Source: Adineta vaga (taxonomy: Eukaryota > Animalia > Rotifera). Taken from it: a DNA stretch of 64,000 nucleotides. Below, one piece after another: positions 29,501 to 41,215 of this stretch. The stretch spans positions 3,596,001 to 3,660,000 of the forward strand of contig CP075493.1 in the NCBI GenBank assembly GCA_021613535.1, given 5' to 3'. The notes beneath the pieces were generated by a model. The model ran no database searches. It saw only the letters and a program-made list of their open reading frames with translations, and was not told the DNA's origin. Numbering within the stretch: the stretch's first letter is position 1; each line of letters opens with the position of its first letter. A program made the position numbers and the translations under genes.

Positions 29501-32500
29501 AAATTTGAACTAGATATACAAATCTTTTCCCTCGGTGTTTTCTTTCCTAGATCAATGTAGATGTCTTTCAACTTGATCGTAGTCTTATTCAGCTATATAT
29601 CTAATTATAAACAAGCACAAGAATTGTATGAACACTATTATTGAGAATATATATATACTATATAATTTACTATTCTTTCATAGTAGAATACGCTCTTTTT
29701 AGTTTAAGATCTTCTAGAAAGTGTACACAATGATACTTGAGAGTATGTGAAGATGAATAAAGATCGAAATGCTCACTTTTCCTTAGAAACAGAAAACCAA
29801 TATTCATGATCAAGTTCTTTTTTTCCATAAACATCAGCCATATGTTTTCTATGTTGTTTGTCTTGAAATGATGCTATATCATTCGCAAGTACACTCGTTT
29901 TTATACACAAATAATATGGTATTTCAATTGGATGAGGTGTTACATAGATATCATGTTGTTTTTGTAATAATTCTGAAGAATAAATATGATTCGAAGATGA
30001 TAATAACAATAATAATTTTCGAAATCAAACTCTTCCTTACTGTCAATTTCAGTGAAACGTTCATTAAAATTATCAACGGGTGCACAATTTTCTAATTGAT
30101 AACCAGCTAAACAAAACAAAAATCATGTAAATATTTATAAGTTTTTTTTCCAAATATTCAAAATACATACTTGATGGTATATCGCTTTCATTAATTAAAA
30201 TTCCACTGGAATGTTTATGACCATCGAGTGAATAGAATAGATCGTCATTATCGAAAAGTTCGTGATCTGATGATTTATGACGATGGGTACTTGCAGAGGC
30301 GTTGAATAACATTCGACTAGTATCAACTGGTATTGTATTGTTCTCCTTATCGATTGTATCCAATAATGATGACATTAATTCATGTATTTGTTCGTCATCT
30401 GTATTTAATGGACATTGATGAAGACTTTTTATACTTGAAGAATGGCACATTTTACGTTTTTCTTCGTCTCTATAAAAATAACAACATGTTCGTATTCAAT
30501 CGATTGTTCTATGTACCGTAATGTTGCTTCATGTTCATACATGACCATATCTTCATACAGAGCAATACCAGCAAGTAAATCCATTCTGAAAAAAAAAGAA
30601 AGAAAGTTAATATAAAATTTGAAGACAAGTTTCAATGTAACAAACTGAATGATTAAACCATATTTATCAATGCCATGTTCTTTAGCTAATGGATCGAGAA
30701 CATCTGGATCAAACATAACAGCATTTGGTGTGACAAGTAGAGTACCCGCAACACTTTTCTAATGAGTCAAAACAAAACTATGTAATGGATGTTGAAAATT
30801 GAATCATGAGAAGAGGAAGATTATTAATAGTATTATTCTATTTCAAAAATAACTGATCATTTCTTTCCTGAGATTGATAAAATGAGGCCTGGACACTTGT
30901 TTTTATATGCAAGAATGAATGATGTATTAAATATTAAACGAATATTCATATGTGCATTCAGTATAAAGAAAAAGTAATAGTATCTTGTCATAAATAATCA
31001 GAAGTTCATTCTCAATAACATTGTAAATCTTCTAACGACAAACAAAAGATTAATCCTTGTTCAAGTATTCTAAGCTTCTAAAATCTTCCACTTCAACTCG
31101 AGATTTTGCTTTGTTATCTATTCTAGACATATAAAATGTTTGTTTTCATCACATATGATGTAGTGATAATGAATACTTCTTTAGATAATCTTCGTTTTTC
31201 TTTAGAATCTAAATGAGATTTTCATAAAGCATCCTTGATTTTCTTTTTTTCCTGCGAATAAACACAAGATGTTTCTCACATAAAACCCCAAAGGACTTAC
31301 GCTAAAAGCTCGATGGAATGAAATCATTTTCGAAAAAAAATCCAATAGAGAAAAACTGTTTATTTCGATCGAATAAGAAATCTTTGCGTGTTTAAGTCTT
31401 CTTCTATCTATATAATTGTGCTTTAACTACAACGGATAATATTGACAGAGCAGAAATAATTTTCATTAATCATATTAATTATTTAAATATTCGATATGAA
31501 ATCATCATTCATAAGAATATCAAAAGTTTTTCATAGGAAACACGAGAAGAATTTTAAGAAGTTATTACTTACACGATCTTCTGTCATTAATCGAACGTTA
31601 ACTTTAATAAATCGTTGTAGACATTCTTCATCTAATTGTTGATTTTCTTCAATCGATAATGTTTTCTGTATTTGTTTAACTTGTTTACTATTATCTTCTT
31701 TATGAGATTTTAAACGATCTTCAATCGTTCGAGGTGATGTTGATGGTTCACTTTCTGTACTTGCTTCACTTTTCAATCGTTGTGCACGACCAGGTTTGGC
31801 TGTTGATTGTCGAGCCATTGACCAAACCATTGCACCAACATCTTGTTGTGTTCCCGAAAGCGATGATTCATTGGATGAACGATGATCAGTTAGAAGAACA
31901 AATGCATCTCCATCTTTGGATTTTTTTATTGATGATGGAGAAATTATTGAAATATTTGTTGAAGATTTTTCTTCTATCGTTGTTTGTGAAGTAGACATAT
32001 CCGGTACAAAGAGTGCCTGAAAATAACGAAGAAAAATATTTTGAATCTACCTCTCTCTTCTCCTTGCCGAAAGACATTTTGCTACACTAATATTCAATCT
32101 AACAAATCTTCGAAATTACAATCAATTCTGATCAAGAATTAGATGACTTTTCAATAAAAAAATATACATTATAAACATATCTTTGTAGAAATGAAAAGGT
32201 CAATGTAATAGATGCTCGATTTTATCTCGAATAAATAGACTCTTGATGTGAAGTAGATGATAAAAAACAAACATACTTGTCCTGGAAAGACAATTCGTGT
32301 ATTTAATTTATTGAGCTGGAGTAATTCGGACGGTGTTAAATTAAAATGAAGAGCAATTTTTTCTACTGTATCACTATTTCCAACCTAGAAGAATGACTAA
32401 TGAATGAAAATTTCCCATCAATGAAAATTATATACCGTATAGGATACTGTTCCTTTTGGTTGACAGATTGTTCGACCACGTTTTGAATCACGATCTGCAG

Positions 32501-32639
32501 AAAAAAACGAAATAAAACAAAACTGTTTCTTATTCTTCAATGTTATACTTGAATTTGTTTTGAACGAATCTGAAAAGCTTTGAACATTTGCCATTGAATG
32601 TGTTGTTAGATGAGTAGTCTCGTCTGATTTTGTCGTCAT
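26564..32639 (-). CDS. OXR1: OXR1/NCOA7 (LysM-GRAM-TLDc), multi-exon; 5' end approximate
   Basis: LysM exon (DTVEKIALHFNLTPSELLQLNKLNTRIVFPGQ), GRAM (GTLLVTPNAVMFDPD), EYWFSV...LYAFFLRWSPE, TLDc (FSTEAHGFSLNQLYR, FYGTGESFLF, FHWTGNNQFFVKG), ending EVWTFID* at 26564. Confidence 0.92.
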
Positions 32640-33535
32640 TAGAGGTATATTTGATGAAATACTCGTTAGATGATTGCTTTGAAGCAGGTTCTGTTGTACG
32701 ACTTCAAAAAAAGAAAATAAACATAATCGATAAATTAGCTTTATAAAATTTATCAAACCCAGTTCGATTCATTGCTAGAATTGCTCACTGGATCTAATTC
32801 ATGATGATTGATCGACGTAGAAATCTCCGTGTAATAAACACAGAATGAAAAAAAAACCAGAATAGTGTAATAAATAACAGTAGCAACAATAGTCAAAAAG
32901 ATCTAAAAAAAAAGGCAAGAAATAAAAACAGAATTCTTTGTTCTTTTCCTTTCTTTTTCTTTCTTCGTCGTTCGTCATTCAACGTTTGACAAATCGTAGG
33001 TTTTCATATTTCTAAAAATAATGAAAAATTCGATACCATAGATTTTTATGAACACCAGACCAGAAAAGAAAAACACATCGTTCAATAAATATTTTTTTCC
33101 TTTACTTCCGTCTAGCTTTTTAGAATGAACTAATTGAATTGATTATTTTATATATTACTGTAGTGCGATCGACAAGAGAGAGACTGAAAGAACAGGAAAA
33201 AACTACTCGTGGCATACACAAGATACGACGAACGTTGATAAAAGAAATAATTGCGTGCATTCATCAGGATTATTTCTTTATTGGAGAATAGAATCAACCA
33301 ATAGATAATGATGAAAAACTTAATTAATAAAATCTCTTCGTTTTTCTTTTTTTTTCGAAAATTAATTATATTTAAAGGGATAACTCTCGAATAGAAGACA
33401 TTTTTTTCGAAATAATACGGAAAGTAAAAATTTATTGGTTGATTACTAAAAGAAACTGAATGGCGACCATGGGAATATATATTTATATTGTAGATTACTA
33501 TTCTTGTAAAGAGTTCTATTGTGTAAAATAAAACT

Positions 33536-34005
33536 ATGCTAACCCGACTCATTGCATCTGTTGCTCAATATCAACGTCCGTTGATTTCAACTTCATTTCG
33601 TTTTATAAATACAAGTGTAGTAAGATTAGGTGATGGAGATCATACAAAATCAAAAGCAGAAGAAAAAGCAGCAGCTGATTTGAAATCTCGTAAAGAAAAA
33701 CGATGGTTAGATACAGTTGCTTCTGACAGTGGTAAATATTAAGAAGTGAAGTACTGAACATCCTTAATATCATATTCCTTTTTTTTTTTGAAGAAGCGAT
33801 AGTCAAAGGTGAAAAACAACATGCGAAGAAACAAGGTGATCGTAAGAAGGATACAAGCAAACTTCAAAAAGATACGATCGACGCTATTCAAGATAAACAA
33901 GCAAAAGGTCATTTACAGAAACATGATGTTGGCCGACGAGATACGAAAGAAGAACGAGTCGGCAGTGGTCTTGGTAGTAGTAATACAAAATCAAAGAAAC
34001 ATTGA
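33536..34005 (+). CDS. Small hydrophilic protein with mitochondrial-presequence-like N-terminus (135 aa; exons 33536-33731, 33794-34005)
   Basis: MLTRLIASVAQYQRPLISTSFRFINTSVVRL (Arg/Ser-rich, no acidic residues) followed by a K/D/E-rich body with WLDTVASDSEAIVKGEK. A GT-AG intron restores an open frame to TGA at 34003-34005. Confidence 0.75.
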
Positions 34006-34486
34006 AGAAGTTGAAATCTGAATTCTAATTGCATTTTCTTCGTCTATTCATCCATCTGCTAGTCTACTATCAAATCTTGATTGATCTAGTTCTTTTTATT
34101 AGATTATATCATTTCATATATATCTCCTGTTTTTTTCTTCCCTTCTTTTATTTTTTATTGTAGTGTAGAACCGTATGATTGACTTTTTCGACTCATCATC
34201 CCTGTATTTGCACCGATGTCTGTGTGTTTGAATGGAAAATAAAATATTCGAAAAATGATATCTAACAATCGCCATTGAATAAGTTAGATTTTTCTCTCAC
34301 GTACTCAGTAGTAGTTAAAAAACAAAATAATAATCTATTGTAATATTCTTCGAAAAATCGCGTAAGATATTCTATAAATCCATCTATTTGTTTATAAAAA
34401 AGAAGAAAGAGTCAAAGTATACACATGCTCTATCTATTAGGAAGAAAAATTGGACAAATGGGGAAAAACAGTTCGTTATATGTTGT

Positions 34487-34657
34487 TCACCAATTGGGTT
34501 CTTTCATTCCGCCCACTAATTGACTTCGATTACGAAAATAATCTTGTCGAAGATTTTCATGTTTTTGAACAAATATTGAATAAGCAATAAATGGAAATAT
34601 ATACCAACGCTTAATGCAAACTTCTTTCAACCAAAAACGAGTTACTTCGAGTGCCAT
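34487..34657 (-). CDS. NDUFB1: NADH dehydrogenase 1 beta subcomplex subunit 1 (MNLL), 56 aa
   Basis: MALEVTRFWLKEVCIKRWYIFPFIAYSIFVQKHENLRQDYFRNRSQLVGGMKEPNW: one TM segment, then FRNRSQL (compare FRNKSML in NDUFB1, from memory) and a terminal W. Confidence 0.65.
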   Translation of the reverse strand: MALEVTRFWLKEVCIKRWYIFPFIAYSIFVQKHENLRQDYFRNRSQLVGGMKEPNW

Positions 34658-35026
34658 TTTGATATTTGTAGCTTCGTCAACTACGTTTGTAAATAAATTT
34701 TCAAACAAATAATCAAGATCAGGACTAAAACAGAAAGAAAAAGATCGATGTGTTGATTTGTCGTTAGTATTGATGGTGAGTCATTCATTGATATGAACAT
34801 TTATCTATGATTGGATAATTTATTTCTAAGAAAAAAATGAATATAAAAATAAAATCAATGAAAGTTTTCTTAATATTTTTTTCGTAAAAGTTCGATGAAA
34901 TTTTCTTATTGGTTAATTTCATATCCGATAAATACCAAAGTCCATCCAACAACAGTGTGAAATATGTATCTATCAAGTACAGACTAAATCAGCGTTTTTT
35001 TCTCTCTCTCTCTCTTGAGCAATATC

Positions 35027-36119
35027 ATGGGCCTTTGCAAATGTCCTCAACGCAAAGTGTCAACTTTATTTTGTTTTAAACATCATGTCAATGTTTGTGA
35101 ATCATGTCTTGTCAACGAACACAATCAATGTATTGTACGTTCATATGTATCTTGGCTACAAGATAATGATTTCAATCCAAATTGTGCTCTTTGTCAACGA
35201 TCATTAACTGAAACTGGTCAAGAAACAATACGTCTTATATGTTATGATCTCTTTCATTGGCCATGTTTAAATGAATATTTTCGTTCATTTCCAAATCATA
35301 CAGCACCCGATGGATATACATGTCCAACATGTCATACATGTGTATTTCCACCTTCGAATCTTGTTTCACCGGTTGCTGATAATGTACGAGCAAAATTAGC
35401 GACGGTAAATTGGGCAAATCGATTGCCAATGCTATCATCTCATGATTCAACTTTTAATCCAGATAAACAACAATTATTAACTGAAACAGAAAATAATGGT
35501 TATGTTATTGTCAATCCAACTGTTAGTGCAAATAGTACAGAACATCTAGGAACAACGAGTGGATTATCACATCATCCACATCGTTCTATTGATATGTTAC
35601 AAGGAGCAACAGTATTAACAACAAGAGTATGTCCTATTTTACAGTTCAAGTTTTTAAATATATATTTCACATCTGAATTGAATTAGTATAGCGAAAAAAA
35701 CGAGATTGAAATAGTCGTTAAAGTTCATCTAGTTTTAAAACAAGACTGTAATCAATTATATTTGATTTCAGCCACCACAAATGGATTTTGATGATGAAGA
35801 TAAATATAAACGTCGTAGTGTATTTACCTGGTTTGCTCGATGGCTACGTTCTCGTCAGTCGACATCTCGTAAAGGTATTTTAACTAGTAATCGTTCGCAA
35901 GTATCTCGTATTCGTTTTACAATTTATACGATCTTAATTGTTCTATTTGTATTCATAACAATTCTAACCGTTTTATATCATTTAACACGTGGTGATAACA
36001 ATGAACATTTAGATCGTATTAATGATCCACAATTTAATCCATTAAATAATCCATTTATTCGTGTCGGTAATCGTCTATTAAAGAATCCTTTAAAAGACTC
36101 GAATCAAGCAAAATCGTAA
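35027..36119 (+). CDS. ZFPL1: Zinc finger protein-like 1 (Golgi), multi-exon
   Basis: [27 protein letters not shown]...[40 protein letters not shown], a TM segment, [14 protein letters not shown]. Confidence 0.95.
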
Positions 36120-36319
36120 TACATACATTATCAATCACGTTCTTTCTTTTCTCTTCATTTGTTGGTTTATTTTTTATTTCATATGGCAGTTTTCTTTTTT
36201 TGTATATCGATAAATTTTGTTGTTTTAAGCAGTACAAAGACAAACAAAACTAAACCTAATTCATCTATTCTTTTGGAAAGAAAAATTCAGATATTTATTT
36301 ATTTATATATTTCTAGATA

Positions 36320-37000
36320 ATGATGATGATGATGAATATTATTCGTCGTTTTGTTTCAACTTCAACGGAAAATAGTTCTTATACTATTTCATCACGTTTA
36401 CTCAATCGTAATCCACGTACACTTGAATGGCAAAATTTACAATGGCGTGCAACTGGTTGGCCATTGCAATATCCACCAAAAGATTATTTACATCGTGCAC
36501 GTCTTCTTTCATCTGGTCGACATTTAATTGCACAAATTGATCATTATTCAACGGGAAATGTTTGTGTACAAGCATCTACACGAGAATGGGCGATTCGAAA
36601 ACATCTAGCAACTTGTAAAGATCGTTCAGTTGCGTATAATCTTGCTTTAATTCTAGCACAACGTGCCGAAGAATGTGGAATAACAAAGATCTATTTTGGT
36701 CATCCACATGATCAAAGATACGATAAATCATCTCGATTACAATATTTTTATCGTGGTTTAATTGATTCAACTATTGAATTTGAACAAAGAGAAAATAGTC
36801 AAATACAAATGACAAGAGATTCAATTGATGGTATCAATTATGATGAACATGAACGTGATGTGAGATATTCACCACCGAATATTCATTATCCACCTGATAC
36901 ATATCAAGAAAAATTACATTATTTTCAATTAGGATTGAATAAAACAAATGAACTTGTAGAAAATAATGATACAAATAAAGAAAGCAAAGTTTTGTCATGA
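36320..37000 (+). CDS. MRPL18: Mitochondrial ribosomal protein L18 (uL18m)
   Basis: NRNPRTLE, GW, VQASTREWAIRKHL, LAQRAEECGI. Confidence 0.88.
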   Translation: MMMMMNIIRRFVSTSTENSSYTISSRLLNRNPRTLEWQNLQWRATGWPLQYPPKDYLHRARLLSSGRHLIAQIDHYSTGNVCVQASTREWAIRKHLATCKDRSVAYNLALILAQRAEECGITKIYFGHPHDQRYDKSSRLQYFYRGLIDSTIEFEQRENSQIQMTRDSIDGINYDEHERDVRYSPPNIHYPPDTYQEKLHYFQLGLNKTNELVENNDTNKESKVLS

Positions 37001-37131
37001 TATATACATATATATATTCATGTGTTTTTTCGTTTTTATTTATAGATTAATAATACTGATAAATTACTGTGAAGAGAATATCAATTAGAATTTCTATTGA
37101 TACAATTGTTCTTTTTCTGTTTTTTTTTCAG

Positions 37132-37764
37132 ATGTTAAATCGTCTTGTTTTTCGTTCTCTTCCATCGTCAATATCATCACTTCAGCAATCATTTCGTTTT
37201 TTATCTTTAACATCAATCAATTACAAACGTACACATACAGATATACGTGAAGGAGCTGTTCGTGAGATAAATTTACATCCGGAAAATATTCAGACACCAT
37301 TAAGTATTAATGTTGATAAATATTATGGTGGATCTGGTCAAGTTCGCGAAACCGATTTTGAAAAATTAATTGGTGATACGAATAATCCAGAAATTCCACA
37401 AGTTAAATATGAAGATTTACCAATTGTTCATATTAAATGTTCACGTAACAATACATTAGCTGATGTGAGTGATTGTACAGGTCAACAGATATTTCGTACA
37501 TCCTGTGGTGTTGTTGGTTTTCATAATGCAAAAAAAGGTACAACAACAGCAGCACAAGCTGTTGGTATACATATGGGAAATAATTTACTACGACGAAATA
37601 TGAAATATGTACGAGTAGTGGTGAAAGGTATTGGACCAGGACGTTTAATGGCAATTAAAGGTTTACAATTAGCTGGAATTGATATTGTAACAATAACTGA
37701 TAATACGAGTATTCCAACATTACATGTTGGATTGTCACGACCGAAAAAAATGAGACGTGTTTAA
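37132..37764 (+). CDS. MRPS11: Mitochondrial ribosomal protein S11 (uS11m)
   Basis: Presequence-like start MLNRLVFRSL; LPIVHIKCSRNNT, SCGVVGFHNAKKGT, VRVVVKGIGPGR, ITDNT, RPKKMRRV. Confidence 0.93.
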   Translation: MLNRLVFRSLPSSISSLQQSFRFLSLTSINYKRTHTDIREGAVREINLHPENIQTPLSINVDKYYGGSGQVRETDFEKLIGDTNNPEIPQVKYEDLPIVHIKCSRNNTLADVSDCTGQQIFRTSCGVVGFHNAKKGTTTAAQAVGIHMGNNLLRRNMKYVRVVVKGIGPGRLMAIKGLQLAGIDIVTITDNTSIPTLHVGLSRPKKMRRV

Positions 37765-37803
37765 ATCTAGTTTTTCTTTGATTGTTTTTTTTTTGTATTT
37801 CAG

Positions 37804-38482
37804 ATGTCTAATCAATATCCAACAAGTACGACGAGTTCAGTTCGATCGTCTCAACCACGTCGAAAATGGTTTGTTAATTTACAGATGGATAAACAAGAAC
37901 GTGCAGCAATGGCTGTAACAACAACAGCAGTCACCACTGATAGTTCTGTCACAAGAACAACAACTGATGAACTTAATCTGGTACCTGTTGGTTTTACTAA
38001 AAGCGAAGTAAATGATATCGCTACTCCGGATGATGACGATCGTTTAATAGCAAGACGCTCATGGGATATAGCATTACAACCGATAAAACAATTACCGATG
38101 AATATGATTTTTGCATGGATGGCTGGTAATTCCTTTTCATTAATGTCAATTATGATTGTTGTGATGTTATTTATGAAGCCAATACAAGTAAATCATTTTG
38201 ACTTTTATTACCTATTGATACTGATATGTGTATGTGTTTTCCTTTTTGTAGTCGATTTTTTCTCTTAGTTCAGCATTTGCATCATTAGAACAAGAAGGTG
38301 TCGCTGGAAATATTTGGTTACTTAAAATAGTCTACTTTTTAGGTAATTTAACACATTTAGCATTGGCTTTATATAAATGTCAATCGATGGGTTTATTACC
38401 AACATATAACTCTGATTGGATTGCTTTTGCTGATCAACAAACACAAATGGAAATGACTGTTGGAGGATTTGCTTACCATTAA
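37804..38482 (+). CDS. EMC4: ER membrane protein complex subunit 4 (TMEM85), 2 exons
   Basis: RSWDIALQPIKQLPMNMIFAWMAGNSFS; second exon LALYKCQSMGLLPT..SDW, ending GGFAYH* at 38482. Confidence 0.92.
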
Positions 38483-38727
38483 ATTTACTGTTTGCTTATT
38501 TTTCTTGTTTATGCGTTCCATTTTCTTTTCTTTATGCACTACTATGCAAAGCAATAAAATTTCATAGGCATTCTTATCACCTATCCATTCATAAAAATCT
38601 ATTTCATGAACTACTAAACAAATAAAGGTACCATTCAATCATGTGGTTTTTCGAGATTTTCTCGTTAGTTTTCAACTCCATAGAATGATATAAATTTCTA
38701 CTTTTTTAAAGATAAATAAACAGTTGC

Positions 38728-39681
38728 ATGGCTAAATATAGAAATCAATTACCTCAACTTTCCGGTGGATTTTTCATCATTAGTGGTGGCTTAGAAACGT
38801 ACTTAGTTCATCAGAAAGGCATGAACCTTCCCTACTTTGCTGCAATCTGTGCAATGAAAGATCAATCAGGATGTAAATTCATCAAAGATTATCTATCTAC
38901 GTTCGTTCTTTTAGCACAAAAATACGGTGTTGGTGTTATTTTGCAATCACCAACATGGCGTGCCAGTCCTGATTGGCTTAAAAAACTAGGCTATTCTGAT
39001 CAAGATCTTCTCAGCATCAATCGTCAGGCTGTTGATTTACTTGTTGATATTCGTGAGAAGCATGAGACAGTAAACTCTCCAATTATTATCAATGGAGGTA
39101 TTGGTCCACGTGGAGATGGTTATAATTCTACGATCGTCATGTCACCTGATGAAGCACAAACATATCATTCAGCACAAATCAATGCTCTTAGTCAAACTAA
39201 AGCAGATCTAATAACTGCTTTCACGTTAAACTATTCCGAAGAAGCCATCGGAATTGCACGTGCAGCTAAAGCAGCTAGCATGCCTATTGTTATTTCATTT
39301 ACAGTCGAAACCAATGGACAATTACCAAATGGACAATCATTAAAAGAAGCTATCGAACTGGTAGATAATGCGACTGAGAAAACTCCCATTTATTATATGA
39401 TCAATTGTGCACATACGAGTGCATTTGAACAGCTCTTAAATCCAGAAGAAGCATGGGTACAACGAATCCGTGGATTCAAGGGTAATGCATCAAAAAAGAG
39501 TCATGCAGAACTGAATGATAGTAAAGAACTCGATGATGGTGATCCAGTAGAATTTGGGCAATGTAATCTTGCACTATTGAACAAGCTCAAAAATGTGAAC
39601 ATACTTGGTGGATGTTGTGGAACAGATATACGTCATGTCGAAGAAACATGCAAAGCATGTTGTAAAAGCAGACAATCATAA
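38728..39681 (+). CDS. Homocysteine S-methyltransferase, intronless, bacterial type
   Basis: MAKYRNQLPQL..GGLET, SPTWRASPDW, IGPRGDGY, ISFTVETNGQLP; Zn ligands INCAH and GGCCGTD; NASKKSHAEL. Confidence 0.92.
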   Translation: MAKYRNQLPQLSGGFFIISGGLETYLVHQKGMNLPYFAAICAMKDQSGCKFIKDYLSTFVLLAQKYGVGVILQSPTWRASPDWLKKLGYSDQDLLSINRQAVDLLVDIREKHETVNSPIIINGGIGPRGDGYNSTIVMSPDEAQTYHSAQINALSQTKADLITAFTLNYSEEAIGIARAAKAASMPIVISFTVETNGQLPNGQSLKEAIELVDNATEKTPIYYMINCAHTSAFEQLLNPEEAWVQRIRGFKGNASKKSHAELNDSKELDDGDPVEFGQCNLALLNKLKNVNILGGCCGTDIRHVEETCKACCKSRQS

Positions 39682-39955
39682 GAACTGATTATTGTATTTC
39701 GAGATAGTTGACGTTCTATCTTACAAAATAAAATGGTATTGACGATCATGCACTTATATGTTTCAGAAGGGTAGATAATCGTCCTGTTCTAGGAAAAAAT
39801 CTGCAGATGAAACCCTCGATAACAAAGCTTATTTGTAATTTCCAGTCTACTGATGATACAATATTTCGAAGTAAACTTTTTCTGTCTATTTATACGTCAT
39901 CAATTGTTAGCAAAAGTTCTGACAAGAAGCATGATTGAAAAATCAAATTAGACAG

Positions 39956-40582
39956 CTAACAATTGCTTGTACTATAAAGATAATTGTGATCATATGATGT
40001 TTGACAAAAACAGTCAACTCCTCGAGACTTCTTTGAACTAGAAGATTTTCTTTTGGTTTGATATCGTCGTGATGATCTCTTCCCATAATGGTCGTCCGAT
40101 AATAAAGATTCTGACGAGCATGATGCATAATAACGATGACATTTATAAGCTGGATTTTGATTTCGATGATCAATTCTAATTTTTCGTCGCTTCGAAAATG
40201 AATCGAATCGTTTTTCTAAATATCGCAATTCATCCTTTTTACATAAGTAACAATAAGATTTACCATGTAATCGAGGATTCCATAGAATAATTGGTGCTCG
40301 ATTACAATTCGTTGGTCGTTGAGATGAATGCATAGTATATCGATGATTGAAACCAGAAATGTTGGATTCAAGTGTACGCATGGAAGGTGGTATTGGCACA
40401 TCATTAGTTTGATTGTAACGATGTGAATGTCTGTGTTGCTTTTGATCACCATCTCCTCCTGATGTTCGCTTCGATTGTCGATTCATCCTAGTTGTTTTTT
40501 TAATAATTTCAGATATTTTCAACAGAGCATCAATAATCGCTTTTTCGGTTTGATATCGATCTGTTGAATTGATTTTTCTCAT
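39956..40582 (-). CDS. Hypothetical basic, low-complexity protein (~208 aa)
   Basis: Long uninterrupted ORF in AT-rich DNA with coding-like composition and CYLC/CFC motifs. No recognisable family. Confidence 0.5.
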   Translation of the reverse strand: MRKINSTDRYQTEKAIIDALLKISEIIKKTTRMNRQSKRTSGGDGDQKQHRHSHRYNQTNDVPIPPSMRTLESNISGFNHRYTMHSSQRPTNCNRAPIILWNPRLHGKSYCYLCKKDELRYLEKRFDSFSKRRKIRIDHRNQNPAYKCHRYYASCSSESLLSDDHYGKRSSRRYQTKRKSSSSKKSRGVDCFCQTSYDHNYLYSTSNC

Positions 40583-41215
40583 TGATAGTACCAAAAAAAG
40601 GCAATAGAAAATAGTATGAAGAAGAAAAACGATGATTCACAATGCGCCAAACAACAAAACTAAAGAAAATGACTTTTTTAGAAATCGATATTATTTTATT
40701 AAAACATATATCTAATGTATGTTATATTTGATAACAAATGGATCATATGTTATCGCACAATTCATTATGATAAACGACTATTTGACCCGATGATGGATGC
40801 AACAGAGTAGATTGATACTGTTGCCGTTGTTTTCTATTCATCGCTAGAAAAATAAATTTCAAAAAATGGAATTGGATGTGATTGACGTACAAAACTTGTT
40901 TCAAGTATAATTCGTTGTTCACAAGTATAAACATGACGAGCTAGAGGAGGAGAGGACATTTTTGTACATGAAAAACACATCGCAATCATAATGAAAATAT
41001 CTGTATGATGATGATGATGATGACGAAATAAGCTCAACGGATTAAGTAATTTATCAATAGAAAAAAATGATTATCTATGAATGTATGAAACGGTATATGC
41101 GGTAGTTGAGCTTTGATTCAAAAAATGTAACATGAAAATCAATAGAATTTCTTTTTCATTTATTCAAACAAACTTATACTTTATGAAAGAAAAGAAAAAA
41201 AATCATCGAGTTCAT

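Noticed and set aside
33148-33552. 134-aa minus ORF and similar F/I/Y-rich or antisense short ORFs (e.g. 26270-26560, 48330-48743, 8100-8348)
   Set aside because: They have low-complexity AT-driven composition or shadow real genes on the other strand, with no motifs.
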